Under the pieces are notes generated by a model. It did no database searches and was not told the DNA's origin. It saw only the letters and a program-made list of their open reading frames with translations. From Alloascoidea hylecoeti (taxonomy: Eukaryota): a stretch of 64,000 nucleotides of DNA. Position numbers and translations under genes: made by a program. Below are positions 1 through 13,102 of this stretch, one piece after another. Each line of letters begins with the position of its first letter. The stretch's first letter is position 1. The stretch lies in the NCBI GenBank assembly GCA_001600815.1, contig BCKZ01000005.1:974875-1038874 (forward strand), given 5' to 3'.

Positions 1-3000
1 TTTTAACATATTCTCCTTCCTTAGCTGTAATGATTGTACTACCAACCATCATTGCACCAACACAAACAACCATAACTAGTCCAAATGATTCCGTTTCAAT
101 TGGAACTAAAACTCTAACATTTTCTCCATAAACATCAATTTCGGATCTAATTGCCATTGGATTAACTGTATAATATTCTCCTTCAATGAATGTAATTTTT
201 CCAATTTTACCGCTTATTGGCATATGAAATCTGTGATAATCTTGTGGAGATAATCTAAAGATTGCAATTGGTCCATCAATAAAACTATCGATAGGTATAT
301 AAGATTCATTATTAAATAGTTTTTGCAAGGTAAATTTTCTACCTTTTATCCAAATTTCTTGAGCAATTGAAACAGTTTCAAAAACCATACAACGACAATC
401 AGCAGAAGAAGTAACAATTAAATTATTATCTTTATCATCAATTGGTCTTGATTCAGGTTTTAATTTTCTATAAAAAAATTCATTAAAAGTTTTATAATTA
501 CCTAAATATGATTCACCAAATTCATTATCAGCATATAAAGTATCAGATAAATCTAATTTATGAAATTTTATAAAAGATTTTATATCATTTTTTGAATTAA
601 TTGAATCATATTTTTTTCCCTGTTTAATTGATAAATTTTTTAAAATTCTTCTGATTTTTTTACTTTCAACACCTTTTCCTTGATCAATACCTTTATATAA
701 TAATCGTATACCCAATCTAACATAAGCACTCATTTTTTCTTCTAAAATTATACCAGTATCACGATCTTGTACTAAAATATTTGCAGAATTTTTACCAATA
801 CCATATTTTCCATATGATAATTTAATTAACATTTTTGAATACCATCTTTTTGCTGCAAAACTTGATGTTGCATATGTATTCATACATAATCTATTAACTG
901 AACTCCAATCTTTGCTTGCACATAATGCCATATGTGTAATTATGTCAATATCCGTTTTTTTACCCAATCGTTTTTTACCACAGATTGGGCATGTATCAAC
1001 TTTTAAAATATGATTTTCGACATTTTCATTAAATTGATTATTAATATCATTGATTGGATTAGAAATTGAATCATCGGAATTAACATATAAAGATGAATCA
1101 ATCGGGCTTGTAGCATCAGTATCAATGGTAACTATAGATGGTGTCTGTTCAGATCCTTCAAGTTCAACTTTTGCAACAGGAATGGTTTGTTGGGATAATA
1201 TCGAGCCCGAGGATACTTTAGACTTATGTTTTCGTTTTTGTATTTCGGCCAATTTCTCCATCTCATTTTCTAAAAATAAAACAGTCTCATTAATTGATAA
1301 ATCTTCATTATGATCACCAGTACCAATACCAGCACCATTACCATTTAATTTTTTATAAGACATTAATTTAAAATGATTTCTAATATAATCTTCACTTAAA
1401 AAATTCGAACCTAATGATTCTAATAATGATGATAATTCAACTATACTAATTGTATTTGAATCATCAAAATCATAATTTAATAATAATGATTTAAAAAATT
1501 GTTGTCTTAATGCTTTATATGGTATAAATGATGCTCTATATGTTAATTTTGGTTTATATTTATTATTCCATTTTAATTCATGATGAAGCTTTAAATCAAT
1601 TGTTTTCTTTTCTTGATTATAATTTAATTTATTTGTTATTGTAGGGAAAGCGTTTGAAAGAGATAAAGGGTCGTTATTATTATTATTATCATTAATATTA
1701 TTATTACTATTATTATTTTGTTTAAATTTCTTTAAATTTGTTAAATCAACACAAGAACTAACTCGTGAACTAAATTTTGAATTTGTATTTGAATTTGCTG
1801 TTGTGTTTGCATTTGTATTTAAGTTTGAATTGATATTTGAATTTAAATATGAAATATCATATAAAGAAGTTTCAGTATTTGGTTTTGGACCATCATTGAT
1901 TAATTCTGATAGTGAAATATTACCAAATGCAACTGAATCATGTGTTGATATTCTATCTTTATCCATAACCACTAATTGAATTGAATAATTTTTTTCTAAC
2001 TCAGATATATTGAAAACCATTCTTTCATTATAAACTGGATTTAATGTATGTCTTCTCCATGATGTTCTAAAAGTTCTTTTACCAATTGATACGATTACAA
2101 AAGGATCCATATCAAATCCAGTTCTAATTGCATTTCTTTCAGGTGGTAGATCAGTAACGTTGAAAATTTCAAAATATACTACACCAAAAGTTGAACTTGT
2201 TGGACTTAATTCATAATGTGAAGATGATGTTTTATGATTATTTGAACCAGATGTGGATTTCTTACGCCTTCTTCTAAATCTTTTCCTCTTAACAATATTA
2301 TTAGTAATAGAATTTGAAGAATCATTAATACCGGAAGAATCTTGAGCATCAGTGGTACTATTTAGCCCATTAGTATATTTACAGTTATCATTTACCATCA
2401 TTTCAGAACTAGTATTTGAATAATCAGATTCAATTCCAGTTTCAGTATCATCATGATCAGAATTTAAAATACCTGTGTTTGTGTTATTACCATCAATAGC
2501 TATATCAGTATCAATATCTGATGGATCAATTATATCACTATCAACCAATAATGAATTATGATTATTAAAATCAGTTAAAGTTTCAGTATCTGAATAAAAT
2601 CCTTGTTCACTGATATCAGTATATTTTGAATAATATCTATGAATCATTTCATTATAATTTGTATTTAAATTATTATTATTGTTATTATCAATTGAATTAA
2701 TTTTTGTATTCATAATCATATTATTAATAAAATTTTCCTTCCAATTATTCCATAATTGATCTATTTTAAAAGTTGAATTATTAGAAGATAGCCTTACATT
2801 TAATTGAATTTCACCAGTAACATATTTTTTATTTTTTCTAGAAGAATATAAAGGATACCAAGAAGACTTTTTTAATAATACATTAGTTGTAGTAATCAAT
2901 AGATAAAATATTAATGATAAATTTATAATTAACTTACAAGTAAATTAACACCCTGTGAAAAAACATCGAGTAGTAATAATCTAACTTCACCGAGATAATC

Positions 3001-3555
3001 CTATAAGTAAGCCAAATTAATAATTAGAATCAATGAATAATAATTAATGAATAATATTCTTCTTTTTTTTTAATGTTGATTTGATTTGCATACTTTTCCA
3101 ACGCGATCTTTATCCCAGACAATAAGTTTTATCCTTTGATCCAAATTAAGTTGAGAAAATGGAATATAAATAGTTTCATTCCAGACTGGATCTAATGACT
3201 TCCTAATAACTTTTGTCTTTTTGATGAATGCCGAGTTGCCAAATAGAATTGTGGCGAACTAAAATATAATAGTTTCAATTAATATTGATTTCAATTTCAG
3301 ATCCAAAATGTAGCCGAACCTCATTTTCTAATGCTATTTATGAAAATATACATACTGGATCACTGGATATTCCTCTATCCATTGCAGCCAAATTCCTAGC
3401 CTATAAAATATCCAGAAAATGTTAAACATAACATCGAATTTCTTACAAGTTAATGTTTTGTACCCTACCTGAATGACATCAACTAATAGGAATAAATCTT
3501 CCTTCGATTGATGATCCTCTTGTGAACCTAGTTTTTTCTTCCGGAACATGTTCAT
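1..3555 (-). CDS. PSD2: Phosphatidylserine decarboxylase 2, copy A (C2 domains + PSD domain); 5 exons, 3' end runs off the window
   Basis: Missing from the ORF track because the last exon has no stop inside the window. Manual splicing: exons 3555-3469, 3400-3356, 3258-3094, 3000-2938, 2866-<1. Reads MNMFRKKK...VDVIQ|ARNLAAMDRGISSDP|FATILFG...VWDKDRVGK|DYLGEVRL...|SSWYPLYSS; the C-terminal part has SADCRC, RLSPQDYHRFH and VGAMMVGS. Confidence 0.92.
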
Positions 3556-4115
3556 GATGAAAATAACAAACGGAAGAACAGGGAATAAATTTATTAACGA
3601 ATATATAAGAATAAATGAGTAATTGGAAAAGAGGAAATATTGCCGAAATAAAATCATTTATTAACGTCATATTTATCACTATTATAAGGTGTTTACAAAG
3701 CAGGGTAATAATATTGCTTTTGTGGTTTGACGTTATTTCCAGGTCACAAAATTCGTTCAAAACAGGAGGCAGTTCGGCTCTTAAGGAAAATAATTTTGAA
3801 ACTCGCACAATCAGGAATCATTTTTTGGGTGGATTTTTGGGATATCCGGTAAGCAGGATAAAGTCCTTGCGACTGCAAAAATATGCCTGTGATTTATGTT
3901 CCAAATCCATGTCTCCGGGATGACAAACATTAACTAATCATTAATACTAATGATGATTAAATTAAAACCACAAATCAGACAGTTTTTACATAAATATTCA
4001 ATATTGATGAGGTTTCGTAAACTCTCATTAATATTAATAATTTCTTATAATTGATTGGTCCTCAAATTGTTAGTTACGTAAGAGTGCTCTATTCTAGAAC
4101 ATAAACATTCATTAA

Positions 4116-7100
4116 CTAATTATCTTCACCTTCATTACTTCCAGTAATATCTCTCACAATTTTTTCCCTTTCACCACTTGTTAAATCATCCGGATTTATT
4201 TTAAATTCATCTCTATTAAATTCTTGAATTCTTTTATCATGTCCAATTGAATTTCCCATTTTAATTAATGTTTCTAGAGATTTATTTGAATTATATTGTA
4301 AATCTTCATCAAAAACAAATCCTGAATCTTTTTGAAATAATAATAGTAAAGTTGATCCTCCAAATTTGAAATATCCTAACTCATCACCCTTTTTAACATA
4401 TTCTCCTTCCTTAGCTGTAATGATTGTACTACCAACCATCATTGCACCAACACAAACAACCATAACTAGTCCAAATGATTCCGTTTCAATTGGAACTAAA
4501 ACTCTAACATTTTCTCCATAAACATCAATTTCGGATCTAATTGCCATTGGATTAACTGTATAATATTCTCCTTCAATGAATGTAATTTTTCCAATTTTAC
4601 CGCTTATTGGCATATGAAATCTGTGATAATCTTGTGGAGATAATCTAAAGATTGTAATTGGTCCATCAATAAAACTATCAATAGGTATATAAGATTCATT
4701 ATTAAATAGTTTTTGCAAGGTAAATTTTCTACCTTTTATCCAAATTTCTTGGGCAATTGAAACAGTTTCAAAAACCATACAACGACAATCAGCAGAAGAA
4801 GTAACAATTAAATTATTATCTTTATCATCAATTGGTCTTGATTCAGGTTTTAATTTTCTATAAAAAAATTCATTAAAAGTTTTATAAGAATCCCATGATT
4901 CTTCTAAAATTTCATCAGAATTTAGATTATGATATTTAACAAATGATTTTATATTTTTTTTTGAATTTGGTGAATCATATTTTTCACCTTGTTTAATTGA
5001 TGAATTTTTTAAAATTTGTTTGATTTTTAAATTTAATAAATCATTATAATTATTATCTTTTTCATTTTTTTTATCATTTTCTTTATTTTTCAAATTTTTA
5101 TCATTAATATTGTTGTTAATTGTAATACCTTTATATAATAATCTAATACCCAATTTAACATAAGGATTAATTTTTTCATCTAAAATTATACCTGAATTTC
5201 TATCTTTTATTAAAATGTTTGCAGAATTTGAACCAATTTTATAATTACCATAAGTTAATTTAATTAATAATTTTGAATATAATTTTTTTGATGCCAAATT
5301 TGTTGTTGTATAAGAATTTAAATATAAATTATTCATTGAATTCCAATCTTTACTAACACATAAAATCATATGTGTCATTGGATCTAAGTTATATTTTTTC
5401 TTTTTATTTTTGGAATTTTCAATTTCTTTTAAATTTTTACCACAAATTGGACATGAAGTGAAATTAAAAATGTGTGTATTTTCTTCATCTTCATCATCTT
5501 CTTCATCTTCAGTATCTGTATCATTAGTGGTAATAATACCTGTTGAAGTTGTTGCTCTTGGTCCTGATAATTTAAGAAGACTTTTAAATGATGATGTAGA
5601 TGAAGATTTTTTCAATTCTAAACCAGTTGTAGTTAAAGATTTTCGATTCTTATTATTCTTAACTTTTAATGAATTTTTATAATTAATTTCTTTTTCAATT
5701 TCATTTTCAAGAAATTCGATTGCATCATCAATTGATAAATCATTTAATTCAGTACCATTATTATCATCTGAATCATCATTATTTATTGTTGATGAAGATT
5801 TTAATTTAAAATAATTTAATAAATATTCATCATTTAAATTTGATCCTAAAGAATCTAATAATGATGATAATTCAATAAAATTAATCGAATTTGAATTATC
5901 ATAATCAAATTTTTTTAATAATTTTTTAAAAAAATTCTTTCTTAATTCAATAAATGTTAAAAATGATGATTTATATGATAAAATTGTATTAAAATCTTGA
6001 TAATTTGATATTTTTTTATTCAAATCTAATTTTAATGTTTTAATATTATTATTAATATTATTTTCAGAATCTGAGTTTGAATCTGATTCAGAATCAGAAT
6101 TAAAAAAATCATTATTTGTTGATTGAATTAAATCATGAATTGATATTAAATCATTTGATATAAAATCATTATTTGATATTTTATCTTTATCCATCACAAT
6201 TAAATTCACTTTAAAGTTTTTATATTCATTTAAATTTTTAACTTTAAATATAAATTTACCTTCTTCATGTTTAAATACCGGATTTAATGTATGAAATTTC
6301 CAATTTGTACGAAATGTTTCATCACCAAATGATATAATTATAAAAGGATCCATATCAAATGAAGTTTTTAAAGAATTCATAATTTTTGGTAAATTTTTAA
6401 TATTTAAAGCTTCAAAAAATAATATACCATATGGAGCATCATTAACAATATTTGATTGATAATTTTTAACATGTAAATCTTTCATTTTTGATTTTAGATC
6501 AGTTAATGAACCAACTCTAGGGATTTTTGATTTTAAATCAGTAAAAGAACCAGTTTTAGTCAATTTAGATGATTCAGAAGTAATATTTGGAACATCATCT
6601 GAATAAAGACCTCTTGAACTAACACTAGTAAATGTTTTTAAAGTATTAGGATCATATTCAGAAGAACTAATTTTTTTCCAATCTGACCATAAAGTGTCAA
6701 TTTTTAAATTAATATTATGACAAGATACTCTAAAATTTAATTTAATTTGACCAAGATCTTGACCTTTATATTCATCGAAAGCAGCATTTTTATTTAAATT
6801 TTTTAAATTTGCATGAAGATTATACCATTTTGAATGACTATTTGGACCAAATTTAAAAATATCAAAAAGTGAAAATCTAAATTCTCCAAGATAATCTTTA
6901 CCAACTCGATCTTTATCCCAAATAACAATTTTTAATTTAGGATCATTATTTAAAGAACTAAAAGGAATTGAAATGATTTCATTCCAAGTTGGATTTAATG
7001 ATTTTTTGACATGTTTTGTCTTTTGGGTGGAATTGTTACCAAATACAACCTCGGCATACGGATCACTTGATACTCCGTTATCCATAGCTATCAACCCTTT

Positions 7101-7233
7101 AGCCTATAATAAAATGTTAGTATTAGTTTTGTGTATACAATAGGAATTTAAATACCTGAATGATATCAATCATCAACTTCAATCCATCATCATTGCAGTT
7201 AGAAGAAGATTTTTTTTTTCCGAATAAACCCAT
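4116..7233 (-). CDS. PSD2: Phosphatidylserine decarboxylase 2, copy B; 2 exons (7233-7156, 7103-4116)
   Basis: 992-aa ORF with two C2 domains, an EF-hand-like DYDNSNSINFIE motif and a PSD domain with the GGST autocleavage motif (YFKFGGSTLL). An upstream exon MGLFGKKKSSS...IDIIQ joins through intron 7155-7104 (GTATTT...TACTAAC...TAG). Confidence 0.93.
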
Positions 7234-7685
7234 TTTGTGGACAGATAAAGAAGAAGAAAGAGGTTTAATTTTGATTTGATGTTTCAGTTTTTTATGGTAT
7301 ACCTGGGTGTCATCTAGACTCGGAACATTCCCACACTCTCACATTCTCACAATGCATCATTGGTTTTTGATATAATGAGATGATCTACTGTCTCAGTTCT
7401 ACTTCTCTTTTTTAATAAAATGATGTTCTCGTTCTTTGAATAGTTATCATTCTTATGAATAGAACTAATCGTAAGTGGAGCTATAAATTTCCCTATTTTG
7501 GAAAGAAATATTCGGCGGGTAAATGTGTTTTATTTCGCCGTGAAATTGAGGGAATTAAAAGTTCAATGTCAGAGTCATGAATTCGGCCATGACACTTTTT
7601 GATAAACAATTACATGGTGATATTAGTTTCTATTGGAATTTCTTTACAATTAAACAATGATATTTATTTTCATCTTTCAATAAAT

Positions 7686-8930
7686 TATAAGTATTTTAAA
7701 TATTTTTTCCTTAAATTTTCAGTATAATCATAAATAACATTACCATTCATAGTAAAACCAGCCATCTTTTTCGAATCAATATCAATTGACTGGAAATATT
7801 TTAAACGTTGATTTGATCTTTTAATTAATTTTAAATCATTTAAATTCCGAATCCTAATACAATCAGAATCAACACAAATAAATTTATTATCAACTATAAA
7901 TAATGCAAGAGCATGCTATTCCTTCATCATCTGGTATGTATAATAGTTATTAATTTATTTGCTTGTCAATCCCGAACTGTAATTTGGTTGTAGTCAACAT
8001 TACTAAATAAGTTTTGTCCCTTTACTATCATCTTGAACCCTAGACCTAGTTTAATATTTCGAAGTTGTTGGATCATTTGACCAGCTTCAATATTCCAGGA
8101 TCTTACCAACATCATGATGGCTATATATAATATCATTATAGATGCAAATATCTTCCCATTTTTTTCTTTTAAACTGTACTGTTAATTGAATTGCAGTTGA
8201 TTTCCAAACCCGTATATATTCATAATCATAGCATACAATATAATCTTTGTATAAAGCGTCACCAATTGTACCTGAGAAAGAAATTTTGTAGCATTCTCAG
8301 ATGATCTATTGGTTCAAAATCCGGCAATTTCCAAATTATACACGCCCCATCTGATGAACCAGATATCAATTATTTATCAATAATATTAATACATTCAACA
8401 CTACGCAAATTAAATTTAATATTGATATTTTTTGTTAATTCCGATAATTGGTTTAATGTCAGACATATATCTTAACAAAGGCTTGCAACAGTCATGGAAA
8501 TTTATTTGTTTTAAAATCTCAAGAACTGGTTCACCTATAACTCTTAAACAATGAAAAGTTTCACTATCCCAAATTCTAATTGTACAATCATTATCATCTG
8601 AATCAGTTAAAATCCAGTTCTTATAAAATTCAACACACTCTGTTGCATCAGAATGACATTTTAATATATTATATGCTTTATAAATTTATCATTTTTCCAA
8701 TTTGGTTCCAAAAGATGGCGTTCTTTATATAGTTCATATACACATGAATCGGTTTTTGAATCATCATTATATTATTTCCAACTATTTTTGATCTTTAAAC
8801 TTTGATTTCCATATATCATTCAGCTGTTTTTCCACGATTTAGATGGTTCTCTACAACGAAGTCGTGTTTTTTGTGATAATTGTCTGAAGATTAAATCTAT
8901 TTCATAAGAGAAATAATCAAAAAAAACTAA
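7686..8930 (-). pseudogene. F-box/WD40-repeat protein (beta-TrCP/Met30/FWD-1-like) pseudogene
   Basis: Minus-strand fragments: F-box-like IDLIFRQLSQKTRLRCREPSKSWK*, and WD40 repeats CHSDATECVEFYKNWILTDSDDNDCTIRIWDSETFHCLRVI and RSVECINIIDK*LISGSSDGACIIWKLPDF. Several stops and frameshifts; no long ORF. Confidence 0.7.
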
Positions 8931-9110
8931 TCTAGTCTCAGGATTTATTGTTTCATATGTAGTGTACTTGATCAAGACTATTATTATGTATCAACAGCGT
9001 GCTGGTTTCTACGCATGTTCTCGGTTATACTGTTAGTCTATTATCTCGTTAACTAGTTTTACCCCAGGGGTACCATTTGGGCCATTCCCCCAAATTGCTG
9101 TAAGAACTGT

Positions 9111-9153
9111 GGTTGATTTGGGTTGATTTGGGTTGATTTGGGTTGATTTGGGT
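9111..9153 (+). repeat. Perfect 10-bp tandem repeat (GGTTGATTTG)x4.3
   Basis: Seen directly, upstream of SRP101. Confidence 0.95.
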
Positions 9154-9281
9154 AATAACTAAAGAATATTTCAGGAAGAGAGGTGTAAGGGTTTTTAATT
9201 GACCAGCACATTAAATGCTTTTTTTGATTTCCAACCTTTAATTTTCGACCTTCAACATATAAAACAAAAGTGTATCAAAAA

Positions 9282-11153
9282 ATGTCAACTTCTCTGATCG
9301 ACTCAGCTTATGTTATCTCCATTTCAGGTCTCGTCTTATGGCAGGAAATATACAACAAAGTACCTGACTTAATCATAGATTCTTTAATCGAAAATCAATT
9401 TATTAATCAAACTTCAATAAATAATAATGTAAATGATCTTTTGGATAATGAATATCAATTTAATAATCCTGAACGTATCATAACTTTTTCAAAAAACAAT
9501 TATACTATAAAATCAATCATTGATGATAAATTAATTTATTTAATTATATTTAAAAATATAATTCATCTTAATTTTATTGAACAATTTTTATTTGATTTTA
9601 TTAAAATTTTTAATACTATTATTAAAAATGATTATAAAAAAAATTTATCTTTATTATCAATTAATAATAACAATAATAATAATATATATTTAACTGATGG
9701 TTTAAATTTTGAAAAATTTACTGGCTTATTTAAGAAAAGATTAAGTGATTTAGAATCAAATAAAAATACCAATAAAATTAATAATAATAATAATAATAAC
9801 TCCGATCATATAAATGAAAAAGAACTAAAAACTGAAAAGAAACAAGAAAATTCTTCAACAACTTCAATAAAAGATATAACCAATCTTCCTAAAAAATCAT
9901 CTCCAAAATCAAAAAAGAAACAAAAGGGTAAAAAAGCAAGAAAATGGAATGAATTAGGTGAAATAGATGATGATCAAGATGATTATGCAAAAGATTATAG
10001 TAATAATAATAAAAATAATGAAATTAATATTGAAGAAAATGAAAAACAAGTTGATTCAATTTTAAAACATGGTGAAAATTGGGGTTCAACAAATAAAACT
10101 GGTGATTTTGTAATTAATGATTTATCACAAGAACTTGATGATATATTAACAACAAATTCAAATTCAAATTCATCTTTAAAATCAACAGAAAATAATAAAA
10201 AATCATCTTCATCACCATTAAATTTTTTTAGAAATATAATTGGTGGTAAAGAATTAACAAAAAAAGATTTATCAAAAAATTTACAATTATTAGAATCTCA
10301 TTTAATTAAAAAAAATATTGCACCCGAAGTTTCAAAATTAATAGTTTTAAATGTTGAAAAAAATTTAATTGGTTCAAAAACAAATAATTGGACATCAATT
10401 GAAAAAACTGTTAAATTTGCAATTAATGAATCATTAACAAAAATTTTAACTCCTTCAACTTCAATTAATTTATTACATGAAATTAATTATAAAAGAAAAA
10501 ATCAACCAAATTCTCCTTATGTTATTTCAATAGTTGGTGTAAATGGTGTTGGTAAATCAACGAATTTATCAAAAATTGCATTTTGGTTATTACAAAATGA
10601 TTTAAAAGTTTTAATTACCGCTTGTGATACTTTTAGATCAGGAGCAATTGAGCAATTAAAAGTTCATGTTAATAATTTATCAAATTTAATAAAACGTACA
10701 AAAAAGGGAAAAATTGATTTATTTCAATTAGGTTATGGTGGTGGTGATTTAGTTTCAAAAATTGCTTTAAAATCAATTAAATTTGCAAAAGATAACAATT
10801 ATGATGTTATATTAATGGATACGGCTGGTAGAAGACATAATGATGCTCATTTAATGAATCCATTGGAAAATTTTGCAAAAATTGCAAATCCTGATAAAAT
10901 TATAATGGTTGGTGAAGCTTTAGTTGGTACTGATAGTGTTTTACAAGCTAAAAATTTTAATGCTGCTTTTGGTTCTAGACATTTAGATTTTTTCTTAATT
11001 AGTAAATGTGATACTGTTGGTGATATGATTGGTAGTATGGTTAATATGACTTACAGTACTGGTATACCTATATTATTTGTTGGAACAGGTCAAATGTATA
11101 CTGATTTAAGAGTATTATCTGTTCCATGGGCTGTTTCAAAATTGATGAGTTAA
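9282..11153 (+). CDS. SRP101: Signal recognition particle receptor alpha subunit
   Basis: SRP-GTPase motifs GVNGVGKSTNLSK, ACDTFRSGA, DTAGR, SKCD and GTGQ.YTDL, plus an N-terminal longin-like region. First ATG is at 9282. Confidence 0.95.
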   Translation: MSTSLIDSAYVISISGLVLWQEIYNKVPDLIIDSLIENQFINQTSINNNVNDLLDNEYQFNNPERIITFSKNNYTIKSIIDDKLIYLIIFKNIIHLNFIEQFLFDFIKIFNTIIKNDYKKNLSLLSINNNNNNNIYLTDGLNFEKFTGLFKKRLSDLESNKNTNKINNNNNNNSDHINEKELKTEKKQENSSTTSIKDITNLPKKSSPKSKKKQKGKKARKWNELGEIDDDQDDYAKDYSNNNKNNEINIEENEKQVDSILKHGENWGSTNKTGDFVINDLSQELDDILTTNSNSNSSLKSTENNKKSSSSPLNFFRNIIGGKELTKKDLSKNLQLLESHLIKKNIAPEVSKLIVLNVEKNLIGSKTNNWTSIEKTVKFAINESLTKILTPSTSINLLHEINYKRKNQPNSPYVISIVGVNGVGKSTNLSKIAFWLLQNDLKVLITACDTFRSGAIEQLKVHVNNLSNLIKRTKKGKIDLFQLGYGGGDLVSKIALKSIKFAKDNNYDVILMDTAGRRHNDAHLMNPLENFAKIANPDKIIMVGEALVGTDSVLQAKNFNAAFGSRHLDFFLISKCDTVGDMIGSMVNMTYSTGIPILFVGTGQMYTDLRVLSVPWAVSKLMS

Positions 11154-11182
11154 AATATTTACATTTTTATCTATTACTTTAT

Positions 11183-12923
11183 TTATTGATATATATATTC
11201 TGTAAAATCTAATACTCTTTCATCATCACCAAATTGTCCCATAATTTGAATACCAATTGGTATATCTTCTTCTTTATTTTTCCAAGGTATAGAAATTGTT
11301 GGTAATCCAGTTAAAGATGCAGGTACTGTTAAAACATCATTGATATATATTTCTTTTGCTGGATTTAATGATGATTCTTTTGTTAAAACTTTTGATAATG
11401 ATAATGCTTTAGTCATTGCTGTTGGAGAAATAATAAAATCAACTTTTTCTTCTTTTTTTACTTCATTTTGTTTAAAAGTTTTTGTTTTTATATTTGATTT
11501 TAATTCTGTTAATATATTTTCCATTTTAAATACTTCATTAAATTCATTTTGTAATTTTTTACGAATTAATTGACTTTTTAAATAATGATTTTTAAAAGCT
11601 TCACTACTTAAATTATAAGTCCCTAATATAATTCTTTGTTTAACTTCTTTACTAAAACCTTTAATTCGTGTTGGTGCATATAAAGTACCATTTAAACTAT
11701 CATTTTCTTCATCTCTAAATCCATATCTTATACCATCATATCTTGCTAAATTTGATGATGCTTCAGATGGTGCTAAAATATAATAAATTGGTAATGAATT
11801 TTTAATACTTGGTATTGAAATTGGATAAATTAAATTTCCATTTTTAATTAATTTTTTTAAAAATAATAACCATTGATTTTTAATATCTTTTGATAATTCT
11901 AAAATATTAAATTCTAATGGAATACCAATTTTATATTTTTTTTCATTTTTATTATCATTATAATTATCATTATTAATTGTTTTATTAATTAATTCATTAA
12001 TTTTTAATCTTGATTCTTCATTAAGTGATGTTGGATCTTTTGAATCATAATCATTTAAAACCTTATAAACAGATTTAATTATTTTAACATCTTTTGATAA
12101 TATACCAACAGTATCTAAACTTTGAGCATAGGATATAACTCCCCATCTTGAAATCCTACCATATGTTGGTTTAAAACCAAATATTCCACAATAACTTGCT
12201 GGTAATCTAATTGATCCACCGGTATCTGTACCCAAAGCACTATTTCATTTAAAATATTAGTATTATGAAAGTTATAATAACATAAAGGATATGAATACTA
12301 ACAAGTCAACTAATCCAGCAGCAACAGCAGCAGCACTCCCACCAGATGATCCACCAGAAACTTTTGGATCTTTATCAATTGAATACATTGGATTTAACGT
12401 TGGTCCAAAAATTGTATTTGTTGTTGAAGAACCCATTCCAAATTCATCAAGATTAGTTTTACCAATTATAGTTGTTCCTGATTTTTCTAATAAATCAATT
12501 ACTGTTGCATTATATGGGCTTTTATAATCTTTTTGTTCATATATATTTGTTAATTTTATTTGTCACAATTATGTTTAAATTTAATTTTCAAAAACTCACT
12601 TTGTAACATTTTTGAAGAACAAGTAGTTGATTCTTCAATTGTTGAAATATTATCCTTTATAGCAGCTAAATAACCATTTAATTTATAATCATCTACTTTA
12701 ATAATCAAAATTAATATTAATATTAACATATAAATTTCATATAAAATAAAAAAGCATCAATATTCATACCTTTATTACTATTATAATTATCATATTGCGT
12801 TGTGATTCTTTCCTTTAATTCATCAATTGCTCTTAAAGATGTAAATATATTATATTTACTTCCTATTTTGTTAACATTGTTTATCGTTTCTAATGTTTTT
12901 TGTAATGATCGAGCTTTTAACAT
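11183..12923 (-). CDS. HER2: Mitochondrial glutamyl-tRNA(Gln) amidotransferase subunit A (amidase family); 4 exons
   Basis: Exons 12923-12770, 12692-12600, 12528-12303, 12239-11183. Motifs [47 protein letters not shown] and [13 protein letters not shown]. Confidence 0.92.
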
Positions 12924-12980
12924 TATTGTTTAGTCCCTCTAAAGTTTTCAAGATTTTTAAGAGATTGATTTTCGTGAAAT

Positions 12981-13064
12981 TCACGTGATTTGAATAGTGT
13001 AACGTAACACCCAGACATCTCTTCGCCTAATTAAATTTTTTTTTAAGAGCATAATGAAATTTTT
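12981..13064. promoter_or_regulatory. Divergent HER2/HAS1 promoter with a bHLH E-box (TCACGTGA, 12981-12988) and an RRPE-like element (TGAAATTTTT, 13055-13064)
   Basis: Motifs are seen in the 179-bp intergenic region. RRPE is typical of ribosome-biogenesis genes such as HAS1. Confidence 0.5.
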
Positions 13065-13102
13065 TTTTCTTTTTGAATAATTTGAATTTATAAAATATTT
13101 AA

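Noticed and set aside
1050..5682. Short ORFs 1050-1313, 3334-3657, 3479-3808, 3615-3923 and 5410-5682
   Set aside because: They are antisense shadows or unspliced read-through of the PSD2 genes and their promoter.
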